In this document: one piece after another, positions 51,276-59,127 of the stretch
How positions within the stretch are numbered: the first letter of the stretch is position 1
Layout: every line of letters starts with the position of its first letter
Source of the DNA: Lentisphaerota bacterium
GTDB lineage: Bacteria; Verrucomicrobiota; Lentisphaeria; Victivallales; UBA1829
Reading direction: 5' to 3'
DNA length: 64,000 nucleotides
Assembly (NCBI GenBank): GCA_015061845.1
Contig: SUVT01000001.1
Location: 10,953 to 74,952, forward strand
The notes under the pieces: model-generated
The model's input: only the letters and a program-made list of their open reading frames with translations
What the model was told of the DNA's origin: nothing
Database searches by the model: none
Position numbers and translations under genes: made by a program

Positions 51276-52637
51276 ATGAAAATAGCATTTATCGGAGGCG
51301 GATCGCTCCGGCTTTTGCCGATTTTACGGGGGGCAATGTCTGATTCTCCGAAAATCTTCAATAATGGAGAACTCCGTTTTATTGATCTGAAACAGGATCG
51401 TGCGGAGGCTGTTGCCGCAATGGTGAAAGCCACACCGGAATTTTCCAGTGTTGTGAATTGCAAAATATCCTGTCCTTCAACAGAAGAAGGGTTGAAGGAT
51501 ATTGATATTCTTTACCTGACAATGGCAGCACGCAGGGAACCGCAAAATTCCCAATCATTGATTCTGGCACATGAATACGGTTTCTATTCCAACGATCAAC
51601 TGACAATCAGCGGAGCATTTCTTTCCATCCGTTTGGGGAGGATCATTCTGGATCTGGCAAAGAAACTGGAACGTCTTTCGCCAAAGGCACTTATGCTGAT
51701 TTTCCCGAACCCGGTCGCCGTTTACAGTGCTCTTGTCAACAATTATACAAAAATCAAAGCGATCGGGATTTGCGGCGGATTCAACAATCACCGCTGGGAT
51801 CTGACTCGCGCCCTGCTGAACCGGAATGAATATGATCCGGAATGGGACGTTGTCGCAGCCGGGATCAATCACATGTCCTTTATTTTGCGGGGAAATTACA
51901 AAGGGGAAGATCTGTACTCTTCTTTGTGTCCCCGGGTATTTACCGATGACTGGAAACCGCTCCCCGGATCAGAATTGGTGACCAATGTTCTGCATCAATG
52001 TTACAAAAAGTACGGGACAATGATCTTTTCCACTGAATTTGATGGACTTGCAAAGATTTTTCCTGATTTGATTTCTGATTGGACAGAGAAACAGCTGCAG
52101 GCTTCACAGCCGTTCGATCCGGTATTGTGTGAAGAAAGATGGAAAAATAAATACGAAACAAAGTTCCGTTCATTCATAAAAACAGCAGAAAATCCGGCGG
52201 ATTTGGATTGGGATGCACCCGAAAATCAGGAGTTGTACGGTAAAAATCTCAGAGACATCTCTCTGCCGATTTTTAAGGCTGTTGCAGGGAAAAAGACGAT
52301 GCGGATCGTTGCATCTGCGCCCAGCCGGGGAGCCATTGCGGATTTTCCGTCCCATTGGGCAGCAGAATATACAATGGATATCTGCGGAAAAGAGTTGATC
52401 CCGGTGAAGGATCAATATATCCCGGAACCTTTCTACGGTTTGACGGCCTCACTTTCCGAACATCAGACACTGCTTGCCCGGGCGATCGCGGAACGTTCTC
52501 CGGAAGTGTTTGCTCTTGCATTGGAAGCATATCCGATCCATCGTTTTACCGGGAAACGGAATGAATTTTACCGCAGAATGTTTGACCTTTACCAGGATCT
52601 TGATCCGGAAATCATGAAAGCAAAAAAATTCTTTTGA
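51276..52637 (+). CDS. GH4 family NAD+/Mn2+-dependent glycosidase (divergent)
   Basis: KIAFIGGGS, NPV, GIC, AGINH motifs. Confidence 0.8.
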   Translation: MKIAFIGGGSLRLLPILRGAMSDSPKIFNNGELRFIDLKQDRAEAVAAMVKATPEFSSVVNCKISCPSTEEGLKDIDILYLTMAARREPQNSQSLILAHEYGFYSNDQLTISGAFLSIRLGRIILDLAKKLERLSPKALMLIFPNPVAVYSALVNNYTKIKAIGICGGFNNHRWDLTRALLNRNEYDPEWDVVAAGINHMSFILRGNYKGEDLYSSLCPRVFTDDWKPLPGSELVTNVLHQCYKKYGTMIFSTEFDGLAKIFPDLISDWTEKQLQASQPFDPVLCEERWKNKYETKFRSFIKTAENPADLDWDAPENQELYGKNLRDISLPIFKAVAGKKTMRIVASAPSRGAIADFPSHWAAEYTMDICGKELIPVKDQYIPEPFYGLTASLSEHQTLLARAIAERSPEVFALALEAYPIHRFTGKRNEFYRRMFDLYQDLDPEIMKAKKFF

Positions 52638-52733
52638 ACAATACAATGGCGGACGGTGCAATATTTGAGGGATATTCTTTATAACACACTTGGTATCAAG
52701 GAACAACCTTTTGACAGATCATAACTGATCTTT

Positions 52734-53033
52734 GAAGAAACATTATCTTACATGGATTTTCCATCAGAACATTGGCGTAAGATCCGGACAAATAACGGGT
52801 TGGAGCGTATTATGAAAGAGATTCGACGGCGAACAAGAGTTGTTGGCAGTTTTCCTGATGGATATTCTGCAATGATGTTAGTCGGAGCAAGATTACGGCA
52901 TATTTCTACGACAAAATGGGAAGATCGTCAATATCTCGTTTGTAAAATGGAATTTTGGTAATATAGTAAACAAAACGTACATGGTTTTGATAATCGGTCA
53001 AAATAAAATGTGCGCAAAATTTAGGACACTATC
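52734..53033 (+). mobile_element. IS256-family transposase C-terminal remnant with probable right inverted repeat
   Basis: FPSEHWRKIRTNNGLERIMKEIRRRTRVVGSFPDG is the IS256 C-terminal signature; ends ...GTGCGCAAAATTTAGGACACTATC. Confidence 0.85.
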
Positions 53034-53052
53034 ACTCAGGAGAGAAATCACC

Positions 53053-54384
53053 ATGAAAAAAATTATACCTAATATGGTATCAGCAACTGCTCTAGCTCTC
53101 TGTATGGGATGTTCAACAACTGACATGGAACAGCCGGACGGCAAAGTTTGGAGAAAGGGTGCTTTGCATTGTCATACACTCTGGTCAGATGGCAGATCGC
53201 TTCCGGAAACAGCCGTTCAGACATATAAAAATCTGGGATATGATTTTATGTGTATTTCAGATCATAATGTTTACCCTGAAGGGGATTTATGGCTTCCAGT
53301 TCAACGGGAAACCGGTCCATGGCCCTGTAATCTCGGTTCTGTTGAATATGAACATGCAAAAAAACTGATGAAGGGAAATGTAATTTCCAAAAAAATCAGT
53401 TTCCGCACATATGTCAAGCTCCGAACGATGAAAGAGCTGCAAGAACTGTTCAATGAAGAAGATAAATTCTTGCTTGTCCCCGGGGAAGAAATTACAGTAA
53501 TGGGTCTGAAATTTAATGACAGACCCGGTACTTATCAGAATCATTTTAATGTTTTCAATATAGCAAAAACGTTTCCGCCGCTTTCCGGAAAAACCGGAAC
53601 AGAAACTGTAAAAAAGAACTTTGAACAATATAAAAAAGCGGTAAACTCCAATCCTGCTCATTCTTTCTTCATGGTCAACCATCCGTACTCCTGGGCATGG
53701 GATGTTGACCCTGTTACCGTTCTTGACAATCCGGAGATCACCCACTTTGAAATTTGCAATAATGGAAGTTCTATTCCTGTTGATCATATTTTTTCCGCAG
53801 AAAAATTCTGGGATTTTATTTTGGCACTCCGCCTTGATCGCGGACAGAATATTATCTATGGAACAGCCACAGATGATTCTCATTTCTATATTGATGCTGT
53901 TGGAAAATATTCGGGCAACAATCTTGGATGGGTCATGGTGAATTGTCCGGGAAAAATGACAGGAAATTCTCTTGCAGAAGCCTTGAACCGAGGGGACTTC
54001 TATGCAACAAATGGTGTGATTTTGGAAGATGTCACTCTTGACAGCAATGCTAAAACCTTAACGGTCAAAGTGAAAGCTGAAAAAAATGTAAACTATCAAA
54101 TCCGGTTCATCGTTACCAACAAAAACTTCGATCGTTCGATTGAGTACAGGGAATTTCCCGCCAAAGAACCGAAATACACAAGAAAATTACCGATAATTCC
54201 TGAAAATATCGGTACAACTGCTCTGACTGTAAAGGGATCAGAAGGTTCTTATAAGCTCAAAGATGATGATCTTTATGTCCGTGCTATTGTTATTTCTGAC
54301 AAAAAATCCCGTTTCCAAGCACCGCTTTATCCTGAAACCGAATGTGCCTGGACCCAACCCCTTGTTAATAAACATCTGAAATAA
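53053..54384 (+). CDS. PHP-domain metallohydrolase-like lipoprotein
   Basis: Start moved to ATG 53053 (RBS AGGAGAG); lipobox MGC; LHCHTLWSDG, SDHN, GEE, NHP, TDDSH. Confidence 0.8.
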   Translation: MKKIIPNMVSATALALCMGCSTTDMEQPDGKVWRKGALHCHTLWSDGRSLPETAVQTYKNLGYDFMCISDHNVYPEGDLWLPVQRETGPWPCNLGSVEYEHAKKLMKGNVISKKISFRTYVKLRTMKELQELFNEEDKFLLVPGEEITVMGLKFNDRPGTYQNHFNVFNIAKTFPPLSGKTGTETVKKNFEQYKKAVNSNPAHSFFMVNHPYSWAWDVDPVTVLDNPEITHFEICNNGSSIPVDHIFSAEKFWDFILALRLDRGQNIIYGTATDDSHFYIDAVGKYSGNNLGWVMVNCPGKMTGNSLAEALNRGDFYATNGVILEDVTLDSNAKTLTVKVKAEKNVNYQIRFIVTNKNFDRSIEYREFPAKEPKYTRKLPIIPENIGTTALTVKGSEGSYKLKDDDLYVRAIVISDKKSRFQAPLYPETECAWTQPLVNKHLK

Positions 54385-54538
54385 TGGAATCTGACAAGGA
54401 AAGGATTGAAATATGTCATGAATCCAGAGATAATTTCATGACAACTGAATCTTTATACAACATGACCTTTACCGGGATCTTGATCCGGAAATCCTGAAAG
54501 CAAAAGAGTTTTTTTAAAACTGACAAAGGAGACTTAAA

Positions 54539-54886
54539 ATGCAAATAAAGAATTATGCAAAAGTTGATTTTTCCGATATTCTCCCCGTCCCGTGTCCCTG
54601 CGGAATGAGCAAACGGGCTTTTATTCAGGAATCAGATGGGGAAGTCTCTTTCCATGTAGTTGAAATCAGTATTGATGCAAAACTGCATTATCATAAAAAA
54701 CACAGAGAGATCTACTATATTTTGGAGGGAAACGGTTTTCTGGAGCTGGACGGCGAAAAACTGGCTGTCGAACCCGGCAGTTCCATCATGATCAACCCTG
54801 GTTGCCGTCATCGTGCATTGGGGAACTTGAAAGTGGTAAACGTTTCTCTTCCCGCCTTTGATCCTGAAGATGAATTTTTTGATTGA
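54539..54886 (+). CDS. Cupin domain protein
   Basis: HYHKKHREIYYILEG...GCRHRA. Confidence 0.88.
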   Translation: MQIKNYAKVDFSDILPVPCPCGMSKRAFIQESDGEVSFHVVEISIDAKLHYHKKHREIYYILEGNGFLELDGEKLAVEPGSSIMINPGCRHRALGNLKVVNVSLPAFDPEDEFFD

Positions 54887-54905
54887 CAGTTTGCCTGAAT
54901 TACGT

Positions 54906-54937
54906 AAAAAAAAGCGGCACCTTTTTATTGGTGCCGC
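54906..54937 (-). terminator. Rho-independent terminator for the heparinase-like gene
   Basis: GCGGCACC/GGTGCCGC stem preceded by A8 on + (U-tract on -). Confidence 0.7.
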
Positions 54938-54961
54938 CGCAAAGGAATTGTTTTCCCGGGA

Positions 54962-56878
54962 TCATTTCTCCTCAAAGGTGATTTTATAATCATTTCCGGT
55001 ACTTTTCAATTCAACGGCTGTCAGTTTTTCCCAGTAACGCCCCAAATCTCTGGGAGAAAGTTTCTGCAGCTTGATCCCGTGCAGAACTATTTTCACATCG
55101 CCAAGCAAAATCGTATTGTCAGAAAGCACCTGAACGCTGCAGGGGGTCAGGAACGTCACGGTTGCAGGAAGAGAAGCTGAAGTTGCAAACTGATCAGAAA
55201 GAGACACTTTATTTTCTGAGAAATCAACACTCCGTTTGAAACTCTTTACCCCGGCTTTTTCCGGATATGCGTTTCCAAGATCCACTGTGATATTCTTCCG
55301 GTCAACCCGGAGGAACTTTGCGGTATATTGACGTCCAACCACCTGTTCACGGGAACCGAAAACAGGGGCATTGTGTCCGGAACCTCTTGTGTACCATAAG
55401 GTATAACGCTTATTGGAAAAATTAGTCCTTGTATAAACTCCAGAACCGGCATCAATGATGATCGGTTGATTTTTGAAATAAAGAGTGACATGCCCGAGGT
55501 CATTATGACCGTGAAGCTCCTGATTATGTCCGGCTTTAACGGCAACGGAAAACCCTTTGGAACGGAGAATCGCAAGGCGGTCCTTGAACAGGGAAAACGG
55601 TTGAATCTCACAATTGTTATTCTGTAATTCCGGAAGTTCAAAGAGAAGTTTCATACAGTTGCTGAGGTGATTTGCACTTTCCCCGAGAGTGAATTCTGAA
55701 TCTTTATTATTCAATCCTTTCAGAGGAGCGGATTTCAGGATTTCTCCGCAAATCGGAACATTGACCTCTATGGTGGGATATGGACCGTTATCACCATAAT
55801 TCACCACATGGTTATCCCCGATCCCCACATGGGAAATATATTCAAAAATTGCCCGGACACGGGGCATGGAGAATACTTTATCCATGCTGCCCGGACGGAT
55901 TTTGTGGAAAAGATACAGGGAAGAAAACACCTTCAACCCGGCTTTCGTGAAATAAACAGGCCCCTCTTCACAATAGCCGTCATCGGTATAATGGTATGTA
56001 AAATTAGCATTGATATTCAAAAATTCCCGGAGAAAAGCTGCTGTTCTTGCAGGATCTTTTTCCAAAAATACAGCGACGATGCTGTTATTGTAAGAACACC
56101 AGACACTCCAGTTGGACTTTTGGGATAATCTCCACCAGGTCATTTCTTTCGTCAGAGGGTGGTACATGATGGAATAAAGAGTCCGTTCCAAAGTTACAGT
56201 CCGGATTCGTTCTGAAAGATTTTCAATGTATTTATCGAATTCTGCTCCGAGGATATGGTGAAGGATCGCCATTTGCGCCCCGGTTTCCGAGGCAAAAAGA
56301 TCCGCACGGGGACGGTCAAACAAGAATTTTTTCTTGAAATCCCATTGGGCATGGGCGGGAACACACCAGTAAGATTCTTCCAGGATCGCCAGCACATGAT
56401 CCAGCAGCCGGGGCATATATTTTTCTTTATCGCCAGTCAGACAAAGAGCAAGAGAAAGATAAGCCATCTGTTTCCGACGCTGGTAATAGGGTGTTTGATA
56501 ATCGACTCTGTTGCCATCCGTGACAAAACGGCGGTAGTTGCTGAAAAGAAGCTGCGGGACCTGATGTTCCGGGACCGCATCAGCCAGCTTGATGATCTGA
56601 TCCGCATATTTGCTCTGCCGTGCTTTTTCCCATGCTTTGCGGTCCGAAAAGACCGGATAGAAATTACGGGTGAACTCGCCCTTTGCAATTTTTTCAAAGA
56701 GGTCTGTTGGAAGAGATGCATCAAAGTATGCAGCTCCATCCAATTTCGGTGAATAAACAGCATTTTTCCTGATATTTTCCTGCCATTGCTCCTGTATTGT
56801 CTGAGCATCGTTGACTGAGCCGTGAAGAATGCTTGCAAAACATCCCGCAATTCCGGCAAGCAGAATAGAATATTTCAT
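54962..56878 (-). CDS. Secreted heparinase II/III-like protein (polysaccharide lyase-like)
   Basis: Signal peptide; WCVPAH, DLFASET, NWSVWC, DDGYCEEG, HGHNDLG, DAG, GHNAP. Confidence 0.82.
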   Translation of the reverse strand: MKYSILLAGIAGCFASILHGSVNDAQTIQEQWQENIRKNAVYSPKLDGAAYFDASLPTDLFEKIAKGEFTRNFYPVFSDRKAWEKARQSKYADQIIKLADAVPEHQVPQLLFSNYRRFVTDGNRVDYQTPYYQRRKQMAYLSLALCLTGDKEKYMPRLLDHVLAILEESYWCVPAHAQWDFKKKFLFDRPRADLFASETGAQMAILHHILGAEFDKYIENLSERIRTVTLERTLYSIMYHPLTKEMTWWRLSQKSNWSVWCSYNNSIVAVFLEKDPARTAAFLREFLNINANFTYHYTDDGYCEEGPVYFTKAGLKVFSSLYLFHKIRPGSMDKVFSMPRVRAIFEYISHVGIGDNHVVNYGDNGPYPTIEVNVPICGEILKSAPLKGLNNKDSEFTLGESANHLSNCMKLLFELPELQNNNCEIQPFSLFKDRLAILRSKGFSVAVKAGHNQELHGHNDLGHVTLYFKNQPIIIDAGSGVYTRTNFSNKRYTLWYTRGSGHNAPVFGSREQVVGRQYTAKFLRVDRKNITVDLGNAYPEKAGVKSFKRSVDFSENKVSLSDQFATSASLPATVTFLTPCSVQVLSDNTILLGDVKIVLHGIKLQKLSPRDLGRYWEKLTAVELKSTGNDYKITFEEK

Positions 56879-57021
56879 ATTTTACTCTCCTTTGTTTCTA
56901 TCATTTTCTGTTTTGGAATTATGTAAGTTCATAAGCATTACGCTTACAGTTTACTATAGGTTTTCCACAGGTATTTATCAAGCAGGAAACAGCAAAAAAC
57001 TGAATAAAAAACGATATAAAA

Positions 57022-57241
57022 ATTAAACAGTTTGAGCAGTATAGCAGAAGGATTTTTTTTACAAAAACATGTGATAATAAAACATTTCTGACAGATGTAA
57101 AAAACTGATGTTTTTTATCGCGGCTGATTTGCAGGCTCAACTGTTCAAAAAAAATTTCTTTTGATTAAACAGTATTTGAAAACATCTGTCAAACAGTTTA
57201 TCTTTATGCAGAGTTTGAAACAATATGGGGAGATAAACAGT
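57022..57241. promoter_or_regulatory. Divergent intergenic region with repeated AAACAGT motif and a 10-bp inverted repeat
   Basis: AAACAGT at 57025, 57167, 57191, 57235; TGACAGATGT (57089-98) / ACATCTGTCA (57182-91). Confidence 0.45.
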
Positions 57242-57242
57242 C

Positions 57243-58286
57243 ATGGATAAAACCGAATCAAACCAGAAAAGGATCTACAGGTCTCTGCTGGCAAATATCC
57301 GGAACAAAGTTTATCCGGAGGGAGAATTCCTGCCGTCACTCCGCAAACTTGCAAAAATCTATTTCAGCACACCGGGGACAGTACGGCAAGCGTTGATGAA
57401 GCTTCAGGATGACGGACTGATCACGGCTCATCAGGGGCTTGGTTACTGTGTGAATGTTCCCAAGCCTCAATCAAAAAAGATTTTGATTCTGGAACAAACC
57501 AAAAGTGCGCATCTGTATGGTAATTTTCTGAGTGAACTTTGTGCCTGTATTCAGGAATATCCGGAATATGCTGTTCTGCTGGAAGATACCATCCGCTACA
57601 AAAACGAGCCGGAAAAACTCTATGAACGGCTTCTTTTATTTGCAGATCAATATGAAGCGATCTTTTTCGACGGGTATGATGTAAGACTTCCGGCAGAGGC
57701 GTTTTCTGAACTCAAAAAAAGAACAAAGCTGTTCTATTATTTTGATGCAAACGCCAACGCAGTAACAGTCGGGATCCCGGGGGTTTCCACGGATTGGAAC
57801 CATGGAATGTATATCGGAGTCCGTCACCTGATCGACTGCGGCTGCCGCCGGATCCTTGTGCATACAGGATGGAATGTATCAAGCGATGGCGCATTCGCGG
57901 CTGTCAAGGACTCCTGCAAGGATGTGGAGCTGATCCTTTCGGAAGACAGACTGGTGGATTTTTACAAGATCGTTGAGAGTGAAACCTTTGACGGAGTTTA
58001 CAGTTCACAGGACATTGTGGCAGTAAGAGCGATTGCGATTCTCAGGAAACGCGGATTCAAAATTCCCGGAGATATTGCCGTTATAGGCTATTACAACACC
58101 CCATGGTGTGAACATCCATTCTGCCCACTGACTTCTATCAGTATCAACGAAAAAGAGATGATCCGGAAAACATTTGATATGTTTCTTCAAAACAAAAGTT
58201 CAGGGCAAATCTTTGTCTTGCCCTCTCTGGCGATCCGAAATTCAACAACTGATTTTATAAAAAACAAAAAGAGAAAGGAAATATGA
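57243..58286 (+). CDS. GntR-HTH / LacI-type transcriptional regulator
   Basis: LPSLRKLA...TVRQAL..L HTH; [15 protein letters not shown]. Confidence 0.9.
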   Translation: MDKTESNQKRIYRSLLANIRNKVYPEGEFLPSLRKLAKIYFSTPGTVRQALMKLQDDGLITAHQGLGYCVNVPKPQSKKILILEQTKSAHLYGNFLSELCACIQEYPEYAVLLEDTIRYKNEPEKLYERLLLFADQYEAIFFDGYDVRLPAEAFSELKKRTKLFYYFDANANAVTVGIPGVSTDWNHGMYIGVRHLIDCGCRRILVHTGWNVSSDGAFAAVKDSCKDVELILSEDRLVDFYKIVESETFDGVYSSQDIVAVRAIAILRKRGFKIPGDIAVIGYYNTPWCEHPFCPLTSISINEKEMIRKTFDMFLQNKSSGQIFVLPSLAIRNSTTDFIKNKKRKEI

Positions 58287-59059
58287 TGATGACAAACAAA
58301 ATGACAAAATCTGTTCAGCACCTCTTCCGCAAGCAGACAAAGCAATCGTACTTTACCTTGATTGAACTGCTTGTTGTGATTGCCATTATTGCAATTCTCG
58401 CAGGAATGCTGCTGCCGGCGTTGAATAATGCCAGAGCCAAGGGCTGGAGTGCTTCCTGTACATCCAACCTGAAACAGGCTGGTGTGATATTCGGAAATTA
58501 TGCATCTGACAACAATGATTTCATGCCGTACAGATATTTTAAGAAATCAAATGAGAAAATTTCCCCATTCTATACTCTTTTTGCTGCCGGGTATACGGAT
58601 ATAAAAAAGAATGGCGTTTCTATCAAAATCTTTGATTGTCCCGGAGATCGGTCAAGGGAATTTGGTAAAGTCGCAAATGGTACAATGAACTATGATTGGC
58701 AGAAAGAAAATAAAAAATCCGTAAACCGCAGTTACGGCGTTCAACAATTGCTCGGCTATTTTGTGAATCCTCCGAAGTATTATTCTCCGTTTAAATTCGG
58801 AAAGGGAAATGTAGCAATGACAAGAATCATTCTCATGGCTGATACTCATGATTATACCGCCGAATCAAATCAAACTGTATATGGTCTTCAGGATTTCAGT
58901 TCAAAGAGAAGTACAATGATGCCGGATTCCCACCATCAGGGGTCCGATAATGTCCTTGCTGTTGCAGGGAATGTCAGATCCTTCAGGGGAGAATATTTCT
59001 GGAAGAACAAAGTGTTTTTTGAAGAACCGAAATATACACAATTCACCTATGAGCCGTAA
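58283..59059 (+). CDS. Prepilin-type N-methylation (DUF1559-like) pseudopilin
   Basis: Y|[51 protein letters not shown]. Confidence 0.9.
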   Translation: MMMTNKMTKSVQHLFRKQTKQSYFTLIELLVVIAIIAILAGMLLPALNNARAKGWSASCTSNLKQAGVIFGNYASDNNDFMPYRYFKKSNEKISPFYTLFAAGYTDIKKNGVSIKIFDCPGDRSREFGKVANGTMNYDWQKENKKSVNRSYGVQQLLGYFVNPPKYYSPFKFGKGNVAMTRIILMADTHDYTAESNQTVYGLQDFSSKRSTMMPDSHHQGSDNVLAVAGNVRSFRGEYFWKNKVFFEEPKYTQFTYEP

Positions 59060-59127
59060 TAAAAGAAATATTGCAGGCTGTATTTCAGATAACAGATTCA
59101 ATATTCAACTGAGAAGGAGTAAAAACA

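Larger units (their letters stand above)
52583..54517. repeat. 55-bp imperfect direct repeat (52583-52637 / 54463-54517) duplicating the GH4 3' end
   Basis: 49/55 identical; encodes DLYQDLDPEIMKAKKFF* vs DLYRDLDPEILKAKEFF*. Confidence 0.85.

Noticed and set aside
52981-53052. N-terminal extension of the PHP protein in the ORF track
   Set aside because: Overlaps the IS256 end; the RBS and lipoprotein signal fit ATG 53053
33938-59059. Diversity-generating retroelement or gene-conversion explanation of pilin variability
   Set aside because: No reverse transcriptase or TR/VR pair seen; the conserved N-termini differ at many synonymous sites
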